DNA from: Malacoraja senta
Lineage: Eukaryota
Length of the DNA stretch: 64,000 nucleotides
Direction: 5' to 3'
Assembly (NCBI GenBank): GCA_038087875.1
Contig: CM075996.1
Coordinates: 498,001-562,000, forward strand
The position numbers were made by a program, and so were the translations under genes. Positions 11,991-26,046 of the stretch are shown here, piece after piece; within the stretch, counting starts at the first letter, position 1, and each line of letters opens with the position of its first letter. A model generated the notes under the pieces. The model was not told the origin of the DNA. It saw only the letters and a program-made list of their open reading frames with translations, and made no database searches.

Positions 11991-12275
11991 AGGCCCTGTC
12001 CCACTTTCCCGAGTTACTCACAAACTCTCCCGAGTTTTCCCCTTGATTCGAACTCGGGGCAATTTTTTTAACTCGTGGACATTTTTCAACATGTTGAAAA
12101 AACTTCCCGACTTACCTGATGCCCCGAGTTCCTACGGCTGGCATTACGAGCCGCTACGAAACATCTACGGACTCCTGCGGGCTCCTACGGGCTCGCTACC
12201 GACATTCCCCGAGTTCGAATCAAGGGGAAAACACGGGAGAGTTCATGAGTAACTCGGGAAAGTGGTTCAGGGCCT
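11991..12275. mobile_element. PIF/Harbinger-type MITE
   Basis: Termini AGGCCCTGTCCCAC / GTGGTTCAGGGCCT, ~65-bp imperfect TIR, TAA TSD; splits a SINE. Confidence 0.85.
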
Positions 12276-14102
12276 TAAAGCTGTCCTACACACACTAGGG
12301 CCAATTTACAATGATACCAAGCCAACTAACCTACAAACCTGCACGTCCTTGTAATGTGGGAGGAAACCGGAGATCCCGGAGAAAACCCACGCGGGCCACA
12401 GGAGAACGTACAAACTCCGTGCAGGCAAGGCACCCAGAGTCTGGATGGAACCCGGGTCTCTGGCGCTGTGAGGCAGCAACTCCACCGCGGCAATACCACG
12501 CCGCATCTCCGAACGTTTTACCTTTTTTATTTAAATAAGGAGAATTTTGATCCGTCCTTCTTCAACCCAGAATGGAGAATCACACTTCCTCACATCGCGC
12601 TCTCCCACAACCTCATCCACGCACAACAGAACAGCCACTGGCAACCCCCTCCCTCCCTTCTCCCTCCTCTCCTTCACCTTCCCCACCCTCCTTGTATCTT
12701 TATCCCCCCTCCTGCCAACCACCCACCCTCCCCCCCCATCCCACCCCCTCTTTTACAATCAAAGCATTTAGCTTGAAAACTGCAATAAAGTCGTGGTGGT
12801 TCATTAATTAAATATATACGCAGCTTTTATGAAGGATCTTACAGGTATAAATAAACGGCAAGGTGGACGGTATCTAGGTTTCTAGCACACCACAGTCCCT
12901 CAAGGGATGGACATGTGTAATGGTTGCAGTTTCTGCTGTGTTAATCCTTAACTGTGCCGTGACCTGTAGGTATTTAACCAGGAGACGAGAAACTCAGAGT
13001 GCAGCAAAGAATATGGGGCGGCACGGTGGCGCAGCGGTAGAGTCGCTGCCTCGGAGCGGCGGACACCCGGGTTCGATCCTGCCTATGGAGTTTGTACCTC
13101 CTCCCCCCGTGACCGCTGTGGTTTTTCTCCGGGTGCTCCGGTTTCCTCCCACACCCCCAGAGACGCGCAGGTTTGGAGGTGAATTGGCTTCGGTAAAATT
13201 GTAAATTGTCCCTAGTGTGCAGCAGGTTCGTGCTGGTGTGGTCGCTGGTCGGCACGGGCCTGGTGGGCCGAAAGGCCTGCTTCCAAGCTGTGTCGGAAAA
13301 GTCTAAAGTCTGACGGCAAGTAACATTTGTGCCAAAAATCGAACGGGTTATTTCCATCATTAAAGAGTCCAATCGCTACAACGACGCAGCTGGTAGAGCC
13401 ACTGCCTCACAGCGTCGGAGACCCAGGTTCGATCCTGGCCCCCAACTGCTGTCAAAGCATACACGTGGAAGAGACATGGATTGGGAGACCCCAAATCCAT
13501 TCGAGAGGTCTGTGCGACAGTGGGGAAGAAGCTGTTCCTGGATCTAAAATAAGATTCTAATATACTATTCGGATCTAAAATAGACATAAACATCTGAAGG
13601 ATACACATGGAACAGATAGACACATGGAAATGCAGGGAATAGAGGGCTGTCAAGTACATGTAGATAAAAGAGATTAGTTTCAAGAGCGGGTTCGATATAA
13701 CGAGGAAACACTTTTTCTCACAGAGAGTTGTGAGTCTGTGGAATTCTCTGCCTCAGAGGGCGGTGGAGGCCGGTTCTCTGGATGCTTTCAAGAGAGAGCT
13801 AGATAGGAGCTCTTTAAAATAACGGAATCAGGGGATATGGGGAGAAGGCAGGAACGGGGTACTGATTGTGGATGATCGGCCACGATCATATTGAATGGCG
13901 GTGCTGGCTCAAAGGGCCGAACGGCCTGCATCTATTTTCTATGTCATTGTCTCTTTTTGGCATCATGCTTGGCACAGATTACAGGATGCCTCAGGGCCTG
14001 TTCCTGTGCTGTACTGTTCTATTTTCTATGTTTTAATTCCTACTTTAGCAGCTTGGGAATTTAGGGTCTAATAAGTAAACAAACCGAGGAACTGACTGGT
14101 TA

Positions 14103-14442
14103 AGGGCCAGTCCCACTGTACGAGGTAATTCTGTTCGAGTTCTCACAAGTTCTCCCCTGATTCGAGCTCGTGTAATGTACGTAGCGGGCACGTAGCGGCT
14201 CGTACGAGTAAAAAGTAACCATTTTTTTCATCACGAGTATTTTTTTTACTCGTGGACATTTTTCACAGTGTTGAAAAAAACGTCACGAGTTTACCGGATT
14301 TCCCGAGTACCTACCGTTACTTGTGCGAGCCGCTACGAGACCTTCACGGACTCCTAAGTACCCGCTACGTACATTACACGAGCTCGAATCGGGGAGAACT
14401 CGGGAGAACTCTTGACTTACCTCGTACAGTGGGACAGGCCCT
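14103..14442. mobile_element. PIF/Harbinger-type MITE
   Basis: AGGGCCAGTCCCAC...GTGGGACAGGCCCT, ~85-bp TIR, TTA TSD. Confidence 0.85.
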
Positions 14443-14710
14443 TTACTTTAGAAGAAGAAGGCCCGAGGATCCACAAACCTCGTGGGGCATGAAGATGGAA
14501 TGCAAAATGCTGGAGTAACTCAGCGGGTCTGGAGGAAAGGAATAGATGACTTTGCAGGTCGGAACCCTTACTCAGACCCATCAACGGAGGATGGTGGTGG
14601 AGGGAGTCAAAAACCACACATTCCTGGGCATGCGAATCTCTGAAGATCTTTCCCAGACCCAACACATCGTTGCAATCGTAAAGAAAGCCCGTCAAAGCTT
14701 CCACTTCCTT

Positions 14711-15220
14711 AATATTGAAATTTTGGAAAAATACACCAATACCAACCAACGCTCAAAATGTGGATTGCAAGTATGTTGGATACCGCACATCTTGAGGAAA
14801 TGCGATTCCTCCTAATAGATAAATTTGACCAATTCATAACGAGTTGGTCTCCATTTGTCGTCTTTTTGGAAACATATGGTGCAAAACAGGTGTAAAAGCT
14901 AATCCGTCACTGGGGATGGTCAAGATTATAAATGATCTCCTTACTTCTATTTTCTTTTCTTCTCTTCTCTTCTTTTATTCTCTTTCTTCTATTTTCTATG
15001 TCTCAACCTTCTTTTTTCACTCTTTATTTTTCTTTTTCACACACTAGATATCTCACATTTTTCTATTTTTCATTATCTAACTTTTTTCTTTTTCTTCTTT
15101 ATTACAAAACATTTTTTAAATAAGAAGCTGTACATAAAAGGTATTATGAAAATATGATTGTATACAATTGTACTTACTTCTAATAAAATAAAAATATTTT
15201 TAAAAAAAAGAAAAAAAAAA
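14711..15220 (+). mobile_element. L1 3' fragment with poly(A) tail
   Basis: ORF2 C-terminus ILKFWK..P...MWI..ML..AHLEEMRF; A tail; TSD AGCTTCCACTTCCTT at 14696-14710 and 15221-15235. Confidence 0.85.
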
Positions 15221-15649
15221 AGCTTCCACTTCCTTCGAAGGTTGCGGAGATTCAGTAGGTCCATGAGTACTCTCTTGGACTTCTACAGGTAGAGAGAACA
15301 TCGACTGGTTGCATCACGGCCTGGTTCGGTAACAAGAACGCCCAGCTATCCATCTGTTTCACTGAAGTCCATCAGAGAAGAAATCTACTGACGTTACCCA
15401 GTCCAACTGGGACCTGCCTCATCACTGTAGTTGACTCCTAACTGGGACAATACATTTTGGGGTGGACAATAAATAAATATTAGCATTTCCTGCCATACCT
15501 ACGTTCCATGATACATATCCAATTTGAATAACAATTATTACAAAATGTTATATTTTAACAGGGTGGTGGGTGTATGGAACCAGCTGCCGGAGGAGTCAGT
15601 AGATGTATAATAGATCTCAATCGATAGTCTATGATGGAGACGGTGATCG

Positions 15650-16750
15650 CAGGAGATAGACTATCGACTGACATCTATTACAAACCCACTGACACCCACA
15701 GCTATCTAGACTACACTTCTTCCCACCCTGCTTCCTGCAAAGACTCTATCCCCTACTCCCTATTCCTCTGTCTACGCCGCATCTGCGCCCAAGATGGGGT
15801 GTTCCATACCAGGACATCCGAGATGTCCTCATTCTTTAATGAGACCCTCACTCGGGTCTCCTCTATATCACGCAGATCCGGTCTTGCTCCCCCTCCCTCC
15901 AGTCGCAACAGGGACAGAGCCCCCCCCCCTGTCCTCACCTTTCACCCCATCAGCCGTCGCATACAGCACGTATTCCTCCGATATTTCTGTCACCTCCAAC
16001 GGGATCCTGCTACTATCCACATCTTCCCATCTCCACCCCTTTCCACCTTCCGCAGAGACCGTTCCCTCCGCAACTCCCTGGTCAACTCGTCCCTTCCCAC
16101 CCAAACCGCCCCCTTCCCAGGTACTTTCCCCTGCAACCGCAGGAGATGCAACACCTGTCCCTTTACCTCCCCCCTCGACTCCGTCCAAGGACCCCGACAG
16201 TCTTTCCAGGTGAGGCAGAGGTTCACTTGCACCTGCTCCAACCTTATCTACTGTATCCGCTGTTCCAGGTGTGGACTCCTGTACATCGGCGAGACCAAGC
16301 GCAGGCTCGGCAATCGTTTCACTGAACACCTCCGTACAGTCTGTCTAAACCTACCTGATCTCCTGGTTGCTAAACACTTTAACTCCCCCTCCCATTCCCA
16401 CACTGACCTTTCTGTCCTGGGCCTCCTCCACTGTCAGAGTGAGGCCCAGCGCAAATTGGAGGAACAGCCCCTCATATTTCGCTTGGGCAGCTTACACCCC
16501 AGTGGTATGAATATTGACTTCACTAACTTCAAGTAACCCTTCCTTTCCCTCTCTCTCCATCCCTCCCCCTTCCTAGTTCTCCAACCAGTCTGACCGTCCC
16601 CTGATTAAATATTACCTCTTTATGCCTCATTGTCACCTTCTCCTAGCTAACAATGATCAATTTGACATTCTCCTTGAACTTCTTCCCCTTTGATGTCTCA
16701 TTTTCACACCTTACACTTCCTTATCTCTGTCTCCCTCTTCCCTGACTCTC
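15650..16750 (+). mobile_element. Penelope-like element (Neptune-type), 5'-truncated: RT thumb, Cys linker, GIY-YIG endonuclease and 3' UTR
   Basis: ORF 15631-16536 contains DIYYKPTDTHSYLDYTSSHP, CNRRRCNTC, NLIYCIRCSRCGLLYIGETKRRLGNRFTEH, KHFN..HS. Confidence 0.9.
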
Positions 16751-17029
16751 GACATACATTCACCACCACACATGCTTATGCACACAAGTTCATACATGTA
16801 CACAGACTCAGATTCACCCACCACCCAGACACTCACGGCTGTAACCATGTACGCACAAATCATCTGATTAGCACTCAGATCAAAGTTGTTCACTGTATCT
16901 TAGTACACGTGACAGTGGTAAATCAATATGTACTTACATGTATTCATACTGTGGCAGGTACATATACTGACACATTGTATATCAGCACGTGTACTGGGGC
17001 ACACATTATGGGGAGAGCCATGTATTCAT

Positions 17030-17083
17030 TCACGCACACATGCACACACACAAATGTGCATACAACCACATACACACACACAT

Positions 17084-17115
<32 letters not shown>

Positions 17116-18112
17116 AATGTGCATACAACCACATACACACACACATGCACACACCACACACACACATGCACACACCACACACACACCACACACACACATG
17201 CACACACCACACACACACCACACACACAAATACGCATAGAGCCACATACACACACACATGCACACACCACACACAAACACACACATGCACACACACAAAT
17301 ACGCATGGAACCACACACACACACACACACAAAACCATATACACTCACATGCACACACCACACACACATGCACACACACAATTGCGCATGCAACCACACA
17401 CACATACATACTAAACCATACACACACACATACACACACCAAACACATGTACACAACTATGCACACACAAATGCACAGACAAATGTACATACACACACAC
17501 ACACAAATGTGCATACAACCACATACACACACACATGCACACACCACACACACACACACACACATGCACACACACAAATACGCATGGAACCACACACACA
17601 CACACACACAAAACCATATACACTCACATGCACACACCACACACACATGCACACACACAATTGCGCATGCAACCATACACACACACATACACACACCAAA
17701 CACATGTACACAACTATGCACACACAAATGCACAGACAAATGTACATACACACACACACACAAATGAACATACAACCACATACACACACACACACACACA
17801 CACAAATGCACATAGAACCACAAACACACACACACACACACAAAACCATACGCACACACATGCACACACCACACACACATGCACACACACAATTGCGCAT
17901 GCAACCACACACACGCACACACTAAACCATACACACACACACGCACACACCCCACACATGTACACAACTATGCACACACAAATGCACAGACAAATGTACA
18001 TACACACACACAAATGAACATACAACCACATACATACACACACACACACAAATGTACACAGAACCACACACACAACTACATACATGGCCATACACACAGG
18101 TACACACACACG
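17030..18112. repeat. (CA)-rich minisatellite with higher-order units
   Basis: Marker AATTGCGCATGCAACC recurs at ~17380, 17659 and 17891. Confidence 0.9.
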
Positions 18113-20713
18113 CTTTCATGCACAGTTGTGCTCTGCGTGCTTGCACAATGCCAGGGTTGCATTGCAGCAGGGATTGGAGGTGGTTTTCTGCCGTGACAGT
18201 GATGGATGGAACCGTGTGTATTTGTATTGCAGCAGCGTCCACCCTCTCCACTGCAGCTGCGAGTGTCTGCATGCGTGACTGCATCCCTCCAACGGGCAAT
18301 CACTGTGCAACGATGGCAGTGACCATTTGATGCCTTGTTTGACATCAAACAAACTGACCCAATCTACGGGTGGGCGGGAGGGCAGTGTCCGGAGTTTGGG
18401 ACGTCTTTAATGCTCACCCCTTTATCTCCAACCTTCCGATCTTTAACCAAGTACACCTGTCATAGTCAAGGAGTCAAACAGCATAGAAACAGGCCCTTCT
18501 GCCCAACTCGTCCGTGCCGACCCCATCTAAGCTAGTTCCATTTTTTTTTCCAATGTGCAGGAAGGAACTGCAGATGCTGGCTTAAATCGAGGATAGGCGC
18601 AAAATGCTGGAGTAACTCAGCGGGACAGGCAGCAGCATCTCTGGAGAGAAGGAATGGGTGACGTTTCGGGTCGAGACCCAGAATGGGGTCTCGTACAGGT
18701 GGTCCCAGAGACCCAGAAGGGTCTCGACCCAAAACGTCACCCATTCCTTCTCTCCAGAGATGCTGCTGCCTGTCCCCGCTGAGTTACTCCAGCATTTTGT
18801 GGCCATCTTCCATTTTAAAAAAACGTTTATTTTAGAATTTCAGAGATGCAGCGCCAAGTCCGCGCCGACCAGCGATCACCCCGTGCACTAGCAGTGAGGT
18901 GCAGTGAAAAGCTTTTTGTTGTGGGCTATCCAGCCGAGCAGCACCTGTGAAGGGAAAAGAGTTGCTGCCTCACAGCGCCAGAGACCCAGATTCGATCCCG
19001 ACTACGGTTGCTGTCTGTACAGAGTCTGTATGTTCTTGTAAGTTTCTATAAGATCCCCCCTCAATCTTCTCGCTAGAATTTAGAAGATTGAGGGGGGATC
19101 TTATAGAAACTTACAAGATTCTTAAGAAACTCAGCACCCGCTGAGATTCTCCAGCATTTTTGTGTACCTTCGATTTTCCAGCATCTGCAGTTCCTTCTTT
19201 AACAAGATTCTTAAGGCGTTGGACAGGCTAGATGCAGGAAGATTGTTCCCGATGTTGGGGAAGTCCAGAACAAGGGGTCACAGTTTAAGGATGAGGGGGA
19301 AGTCTTTTAGGACCGAGATGAGAAAATCATTTTTCACACAGAGAGTGGTGAATCTGTGGAACTCTCTGCCACAGAAGGTAGTTGCGGCCAGTTCATTGGC
19401 TATATTTAAGAGGGAGTTAGATGTGGCCCTTGTGGCTAAAGGGATCAGGGGGTATGGAGAGAAGGCAGGTACGGGATACTGAGTTGGATGATCAGCCGTG
19501 ATCATATTGAATGGCGGTGCAGGCTCAAAGGGCCGAATGGCCTACTCCTGCACCTATTTTCTATGTTTCTATGTTTCTATGTTCTCCCCGTGACCACGTG
19601 GGTTTTCTCCAGGTGCTCCAGGTTTCTTCCCACCTCCCCATGGCGTGCAGGTTCGTGGGCTAATTGGCTTCTGTAAATTGTCTCTCGTGTGTAGGATAGG
19701 ACTATTGCGCGGCTGGTCGCTGGTCGGCGCGGACCCGGCGCGGCCTGTTTACGTGCTGTATCCTTAAAGTAAACGAAATTCTCCTTTGACATCCTGGTGG
19801 CTGCAAAAAGGACTAAAAGTAATCGTTTCTAAATGTTTTAAATTGAGATATTTAAAAACTATTAAAATGGATTTCAATAATTAAAGAATAACAACAATTA
19901 TTTAAAATATTAAAAAATAATTAAAAATGCATTAAAACTGATGAATAATTGAAGCATATTAAATATGACAATTCAAGCCCTCACCCGCACTCTGGCTGTT
20001 TCCAGATGAACATGGTTCCTATTTATCCACCACCTCACCCTGGGTGAATCCGGGGAACACGTGTAAAACATGTTTCCTCTAAAGCGTCAGAGGTTGCGGG
20101 GAGACCTAATAGAAGTGAAAGAAATTGCCGTGAGTTGTGGACGCAGCCCAGACCATCACACAAACCAACCTCCCTTCCATTACCTCCATCTACACCTCAC
20201 GCAGCCTCGGTAAGGCCAGCAGCATAATCAAGGACCAGTCTCACCCTGGCCGCTCCCTCTTCTCCCCTCTCCCATCTGGCTAAAGGTACAGAAGTGTGAA
20301 AACGCACACCTCCAGATTCAGAGACAGTTTCTTCCCAGCTGTTATCAGGCAACTGAATCATCCTACCACAACCAGAGAGCAGTGCTGAACCATCTACCTC
20401 TTTGGTGACCCGCGGACTATCCTTGATCGGACTTTGCTGGCTTTACTTTGCAGCAAACGTTCTCCCCTTATCATGTATCTGTGCACTGTAAATGGCTCGA
20501 TTGTAATTATGTATAGTCTTACCGCTGACTGGTTAGCGAGCAACAAAAGCTTTTCACTGTACCTCGGCACACGTGACAATAAACTAAACTAAACTAAGTG
20601 TGTAGAATGATGAGAGGCATAGATAAGGTAGACAGTCAGAACCTAGCTTAGTTTAGCTTGGCTTAGCTTGATACAGCATTGAAACAGGCCCTTCGGCCCA
20701 CCGAATCCATGCC

Positions 20714-21491
20714 TTTTCTTTTTGCCTTTTTTTTTAATTTATATTTATTAGAAGTACATTACATTACAACCACATACATTAGTGCTCGTCACATATATCT
20801 TCTTACAATTAATGTACTCCGTTTGTTTTTTACACTAATAAAGGGAAAGGATGAGATTGAGAGAAAGATGAAAGTGAAGGAAAAGGTGAAAGTGTAAAAA
20901 ACGTGACAACAAGAAAGAACGAAGACCCTATAAGAACAAAATTAAAAACAAAAGAAAAAGAGTTAAGAAATAGACCCTAGAAAAGAAGGAGAAAGAGAAA
21001 GAGGGAAAAGAGAAAAACAAATAGTTTTTGTAAGCATCACGCAAATGGGACATACCAACTCTCCAACTTTCATCCCCCCTTACCTGACCTCAGGTTTTTT
21101 TTTTAAGGTACTTTTGCACCCTATACTTGTAATAATTCTATAAATGCAGACCACGTCAGGTGGAAGTGATCTGGTTTACCTGCCAGGAGGACTCTTATCT
21201 CTTCTAGGTGTAATGTTTCGAACATATTTGAAATCCACATGTTTATAGTTGTATTGGAGCCTTTTTCCAAAATTTTAGGATTAGCTTTTTTCCAGTTATT
21301 AACCCATAGTCTATTAGTTTCTTTTGGAACACATTTAGTTCTGGACTATCTTCCGTTATTCCGAAGATAATCCATTCTGCTTTGGGTATCAGTTTTATTT
21401 TAAATAATTTTGTAAAGATTTAAAAAATTTCAATCCAAAATTTTTGAATTTTTGTACAGAAATCAAATGAGTGCGCTATAGTAGCTTCTTG
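20714..21491 (-). mobile_element. L1 3' fragment inserted in a SINE
   Basis: Minus strand HSFDFCTKIQKFW...; T-rich tail on the plus strand; 19-bp TSD GGCCCACCGAATCCATGCC at 20695-20713 and 21492-21510. Confidence 0.85.
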
Positions 21492-23357
21492 GGCCCACCG
21501 AATCCATGCCGACCATCGATCACCCGTACACTAATTCTACGTCCTACTCACGAAGGGGCAATTTACGGAAGCTGATTAACCGACAAACCCGCCACCTCGT
21601 TGGAATGAGGGAGCACCTGGAGAAAACCCACAAGGTCACAGGGAGAACGTACAAACCCCATACAGACAGCACCCGTAGTCAGGATCGAACCCGGGTCCCT
21701 GGCGCTGTGAGCCGGTAGCTCCACCACCGCGCCGCCCAGTTGCCATGCGCCGGCTCCGGCCCCATCCCGCATTGCAATGAATCTTTCATGCTTCAATAAG
21801 ATCATCTCTCATTTATTTCACCAATTTGTCAGATCTTCTCGTTCAAAGTTTCCTCACAAGCTAATCCCTTCAACCCAAGGCCCTGAGATTAGCGAGTGTT
21901 TGCTTCACTGCTTCTAATGTCCAGCCCGTCCCTCCTGACTTGAGACCAAATCTGTTACAGGTTCACCAGCGCCCTTGCGGAAGGACTTCCCAACTTTCTA
22001 ACTCCATCCCCTTGCCAAGGCCTTTGGGCAGCACGGTGGCGCACTGGCGGAGCTGCTGCCTCACAGCGCCAGAGACCCAGGAGTTTGCACGTTCTTCCCT
22101 GTGACCGCGTGGGTTTCCTCCGGGTGCTCCGGTTCCCTCCCACAGTCCAAAAGACGTGCCGGTTTGAAGGTTAATTGGCCCCCTGTAAAAAGAAAATTCA
22201 ACGATGCAATGGCTCAATCGGTTCTTTATTAGCATGTGTACCAAGGTACTCAAATACATTTTTTGCATTCAGCTCAGCAAGTCTATCCCCTTACATAAGC
22301 ACAATTCTCTGCCTCAGAGGGCGGTGGAGGCCGGTTCTCTGGATGCTTTCAACAGAGAGCTAGACAGGGCTCTTATAAATAGCGGAGTCATGGGATATGG
22401 GGAGAAGGCAGGAACGGGGGTGTACTGATTGGGGATGGTCAGCCATGATCACATTGAATGGCGGTGCTGGCTCGAAGGGCCGAATGGCCTACCCCTGCAC
22501 CCTATTGTCTATTGTCTATTGTCAATAGCCCGGCTAGCACGGAATGTACAGAACTGCCGTCGATGAAAAAGTGGGATAATGTAGAAACTAATCTGAATGG
22601 ATGATCGGCATGGACCCGGTGGGCCGAAGGGCCTGTTTTCATGCTGTATCTTTGAACTCTCTCTCTCTCAACTCAGAGAACCAAGTTTTTAACATCTTAC
22701 CGAACGGCATTTCTGAACCGCTTTGATCTGATAACAGCCGCATGAAAATTAGCTTCACTTGTATCGTACATTTACAGAATTAAGAGATTATAGATTCGTA
22801 CAACACAGAAGGAAGATGTTTGGTCCATCAGGTTGTGGTGGCTCCATGAGATGAACAGGAAATTTCCATTGGAGAGGGAATTCTTATCTTTTTTTTCCTT
22901 TTAGTATTTATCCACTTTCTTTGGATTTCTGTTGAATCTGTTCCAAGTCATAACTACTGCGTGTAAACATAATTTTCCCCATTCCATCCTTGCCCTGTAG
23001 TGATGCAGCTGGTAGTGCTGCTAACTCGCACTGGCCGGAGTCCCGGGTTCGATCCTGACCACGGGTGCTGTCGGTGCGGAGTTTGCATGTTCTCCCTATA
23101 GGTTTGTAGGTTTAAATGGCCTCTGTAAATTGCCTTTAGTGTGCAGGATATAACTAACATTGGTCGGCTTGGACACGGTGGGCCGAAGGGCCTGTTTACA
23201 TGATTTATCACTGAAGAAAGCCTCTTCCGACATCACCTTTCACATTACATACACCTACTTTATTCATAGTCCTGAACCATTGCCCAACTAGGGCTATGAG
23301 TCTATAAAATAAGCACAAAAAGCTGAGTAACTCAGCGGGACAGGCAGCATCTGTGAG

Positions 23358-24255
23358 GAGGATGCTAGGAGACTGCAAGGTGACTTGGATAGGCTGGATG
23401 AGTGGGCAAATGTTTGGCAGATGCAGTATAATGTGGATAAATGTGAGGTTATCCACTTTGGTGGCAAAAACAGGAAAGTAGACTATTATCTAAATGGTGG
23501 CCGATTAGGAAAAGGGGAGATGCAGCGAGACCTGGGTGTCATGGTACACCAGTCATTGAAAGTAGGCATGCAGGTGCAGCAGGCAGTGAAGAAAGCAAAT
23601 GGTATGTTAGCTTTCATAGCAAAAGGAGTTGAGTATAGGAGCAGGGAGGTTCTACTGCAGTTGTACAGGGTCTTGGTGGGACCACACCTGGAGTATTGCG
23701 TACAGTTTTGGTCTCCAAATCTGAGGAAGGACATTATAGCCATAGAGGGAGTGCAGAGAAGGTTCACCAGACTGATTCCTGGGATGTCAGGTCTTTCATA
23801 TGAAGAAAGACTGGATAGACTTGGCTTATACTCGCTAGAATTTAGAAGATTGAGAGGGGATCTTATAGAAACGTACAAAATTCTTATGGGGTTGGACAGG
23901 CTAGATGCAGGAAGATTGTTCCCGATGTTGGGGAAGTCCAGGACAAAGGGGTCACAGCTTAAGGATAAGGGGGAAATCCTTTAAGACCGAGATGAGAAAA
24001 AACTTTTCACACAGAGAGTGGTGAATCTCTGGAACTCTCTGCCACAGAGGGTAGTTGAGGCCAGTTCATTGGCTATATTTAAGAGGGAGTTAGATGTGGC
24101 CTTGTGGCTAAAGAGATCAGAGGGTATGGAGAGAAGGCAGGTATGGGATACTGAGTTGGATGATCAGCCATGATCACATTGAATGCGGTGCAGGCTCGAA
24201 GGGCCGAATGGCCTACTCCTGCACCTATTTTCTATGTATCTATGTATTCTATGTA
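23358..24255 (+). mobile_element. CR1 LINE 3' fragment
   Basis: ORF 23385-23984 is the CR1 RT C-terminus; nearly identical to 44116-44849. Confidence 0.95.
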
Positions 24256-25304
24256 TCTCTGGAGAGAAGGAATGGGTGACGTTTCCGGTCAAGACCCTTC
24301 CTCAGACCCGAAACATCTCCCATTCCGTCTCTCCAGAGATGCTGCCTGTCCCGCTGAGTTACTCCAGCTTTTTATGTCTACGGTTTAAACCAGCATCTGC
24401 AGTTCCTTCTTATACACTATAAGTCTATAAATACAGGCAGGTTGGACTAGTGTAGATGGGGCATGTTGGGCTGATACACGCTGTATCTCTGTAAGATTGA
24501 AATTGTTCCTAGTGTGTGTAGGATAGTCTTATTGTGCAGGGATCACTGGTCGCTGTGGGCAAGTTGGGCCGAAGGGCCTGTTTCCACGCTGCACGACTCT
24601 ATGACTCTATGAAACATTTCCCCACTCCAAGCAGAGCAACGTCAAGTCCACACCATCATCTCTCACAACTCCTCCACCGTTCTTGCACCCCCTCTGTCAT
24701 TCCAGAAATCTCTGTATAAGTGCGGAGCGGCACGGTGGCGCAGGCGGAGAGTTGCTGCCTCAGAGACCCGGGTTCGATCCTGACTACGGGTGCTGTCTGT
24801 ACGGAGTTTGCACCTTCTCCCCGTGACCTGCGGGTGCTCCGGTTTCATCCCACACTCCAGTGGCGTGCAGGATTGGAGGCTAATTGGCTTCGGTAAAATT
24901 GTAAGTTCTCCCTGGGTGTGTAGGATTTGCTAGTGTGCGGGATCGCCGGTCGGCGTGGACCCGGTGGGCCGAAGGGCCTGTTCCCCTGCTGTATCTCTAA
25001 AACTAAACTAAACTACGAATGTTGACTTTCCCTCCACCATGTTTCCCTGGTTTCAATAACATCATAATTCCAAGCGCGGATCCATGCTCGAAGCTTGTCT
25101 GAATCACCCGTGAGTCTCCCTTTGCATTCAAGAGCCAAGAGTGTTTTATTGTCATGTGCTCCCAGATCGAACAATGACATTCTAACTTGCTGCGGCACAA
25201 CAGGATATGTAAACACTGTGAACTATATATTAAACGGGGACAAAAATCAGTGTGTATACACGCACATATACACACATACAGTACATGTACACGTGTACAC
25301 ACAC

Positions 25305-25311
<7 letters not shown>

Positions 25312-25381
<70 letters not shown>

Positions 25382-25385
25382 TGTG

Positions 25386-25425
<40 letters not shown>

Positions 25426-25506
25426 TGTGAGTGTGTGTGTGTGTGTGTGTGAGTGTGAGTGTGTGAGTGTGTGTGTGTGTGCGTGCGTGTATGTGTGAGT
25501 GTGAGT

Positions 25507-25565
<59 letters not shown>

Positions 25566-25659
25566 TGTGAGTGTGTGTGCTGTGTGTGTGTGTGAGTGTG
25601 AGTGAGTGTGTGTGTGTGTGTGTCCGTGCGTGTGTGTGTGTGTGTGTGTGAGTGTGAGT

Positions 25660-25704
<45 letters not shown>

Positions 25705-25754
25705 TGTGTGTGTGTGTGCGTGCGTGTGTGTGTGAGTGTGTGTGTGTGTGTGTG

Positions 25755-25796
<42 letters not shown>

Positions 25797-25861
25797 TGTG
25801 TGTGTGAGTGTGAGTGTGTGAGTGTGTGTGTGTGTGCGTGCGTGTATGTGTGAGTGTGAGT

Positions 25862-25892
<31 letters not shown>

Positions 25893-25933
25893 AGTGTGTG
25901 TGTGTGTGCGTGCGTGTATGTGTGAGTGTGAGT

Positions 25934-25992
<59 letters not shown>

Positions 25993-26046
25993 CGGTGCGT
26001 GCGTGTGTGTGTGTGCGGCGTGCGTGCGTGCGTGCCGTGTGTGTGT
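25312..26046. repeat. Compound (TG)n/(TGAG) microsatellite
   Basis: Directly visible. Confidence 0.95.

Noticed and set aside
13017..13085. tRNA-like sequences with A/B boxes (many copies)
   Set aside because: They are SINE heads that run into the V-domain; no complete cloverleaf.
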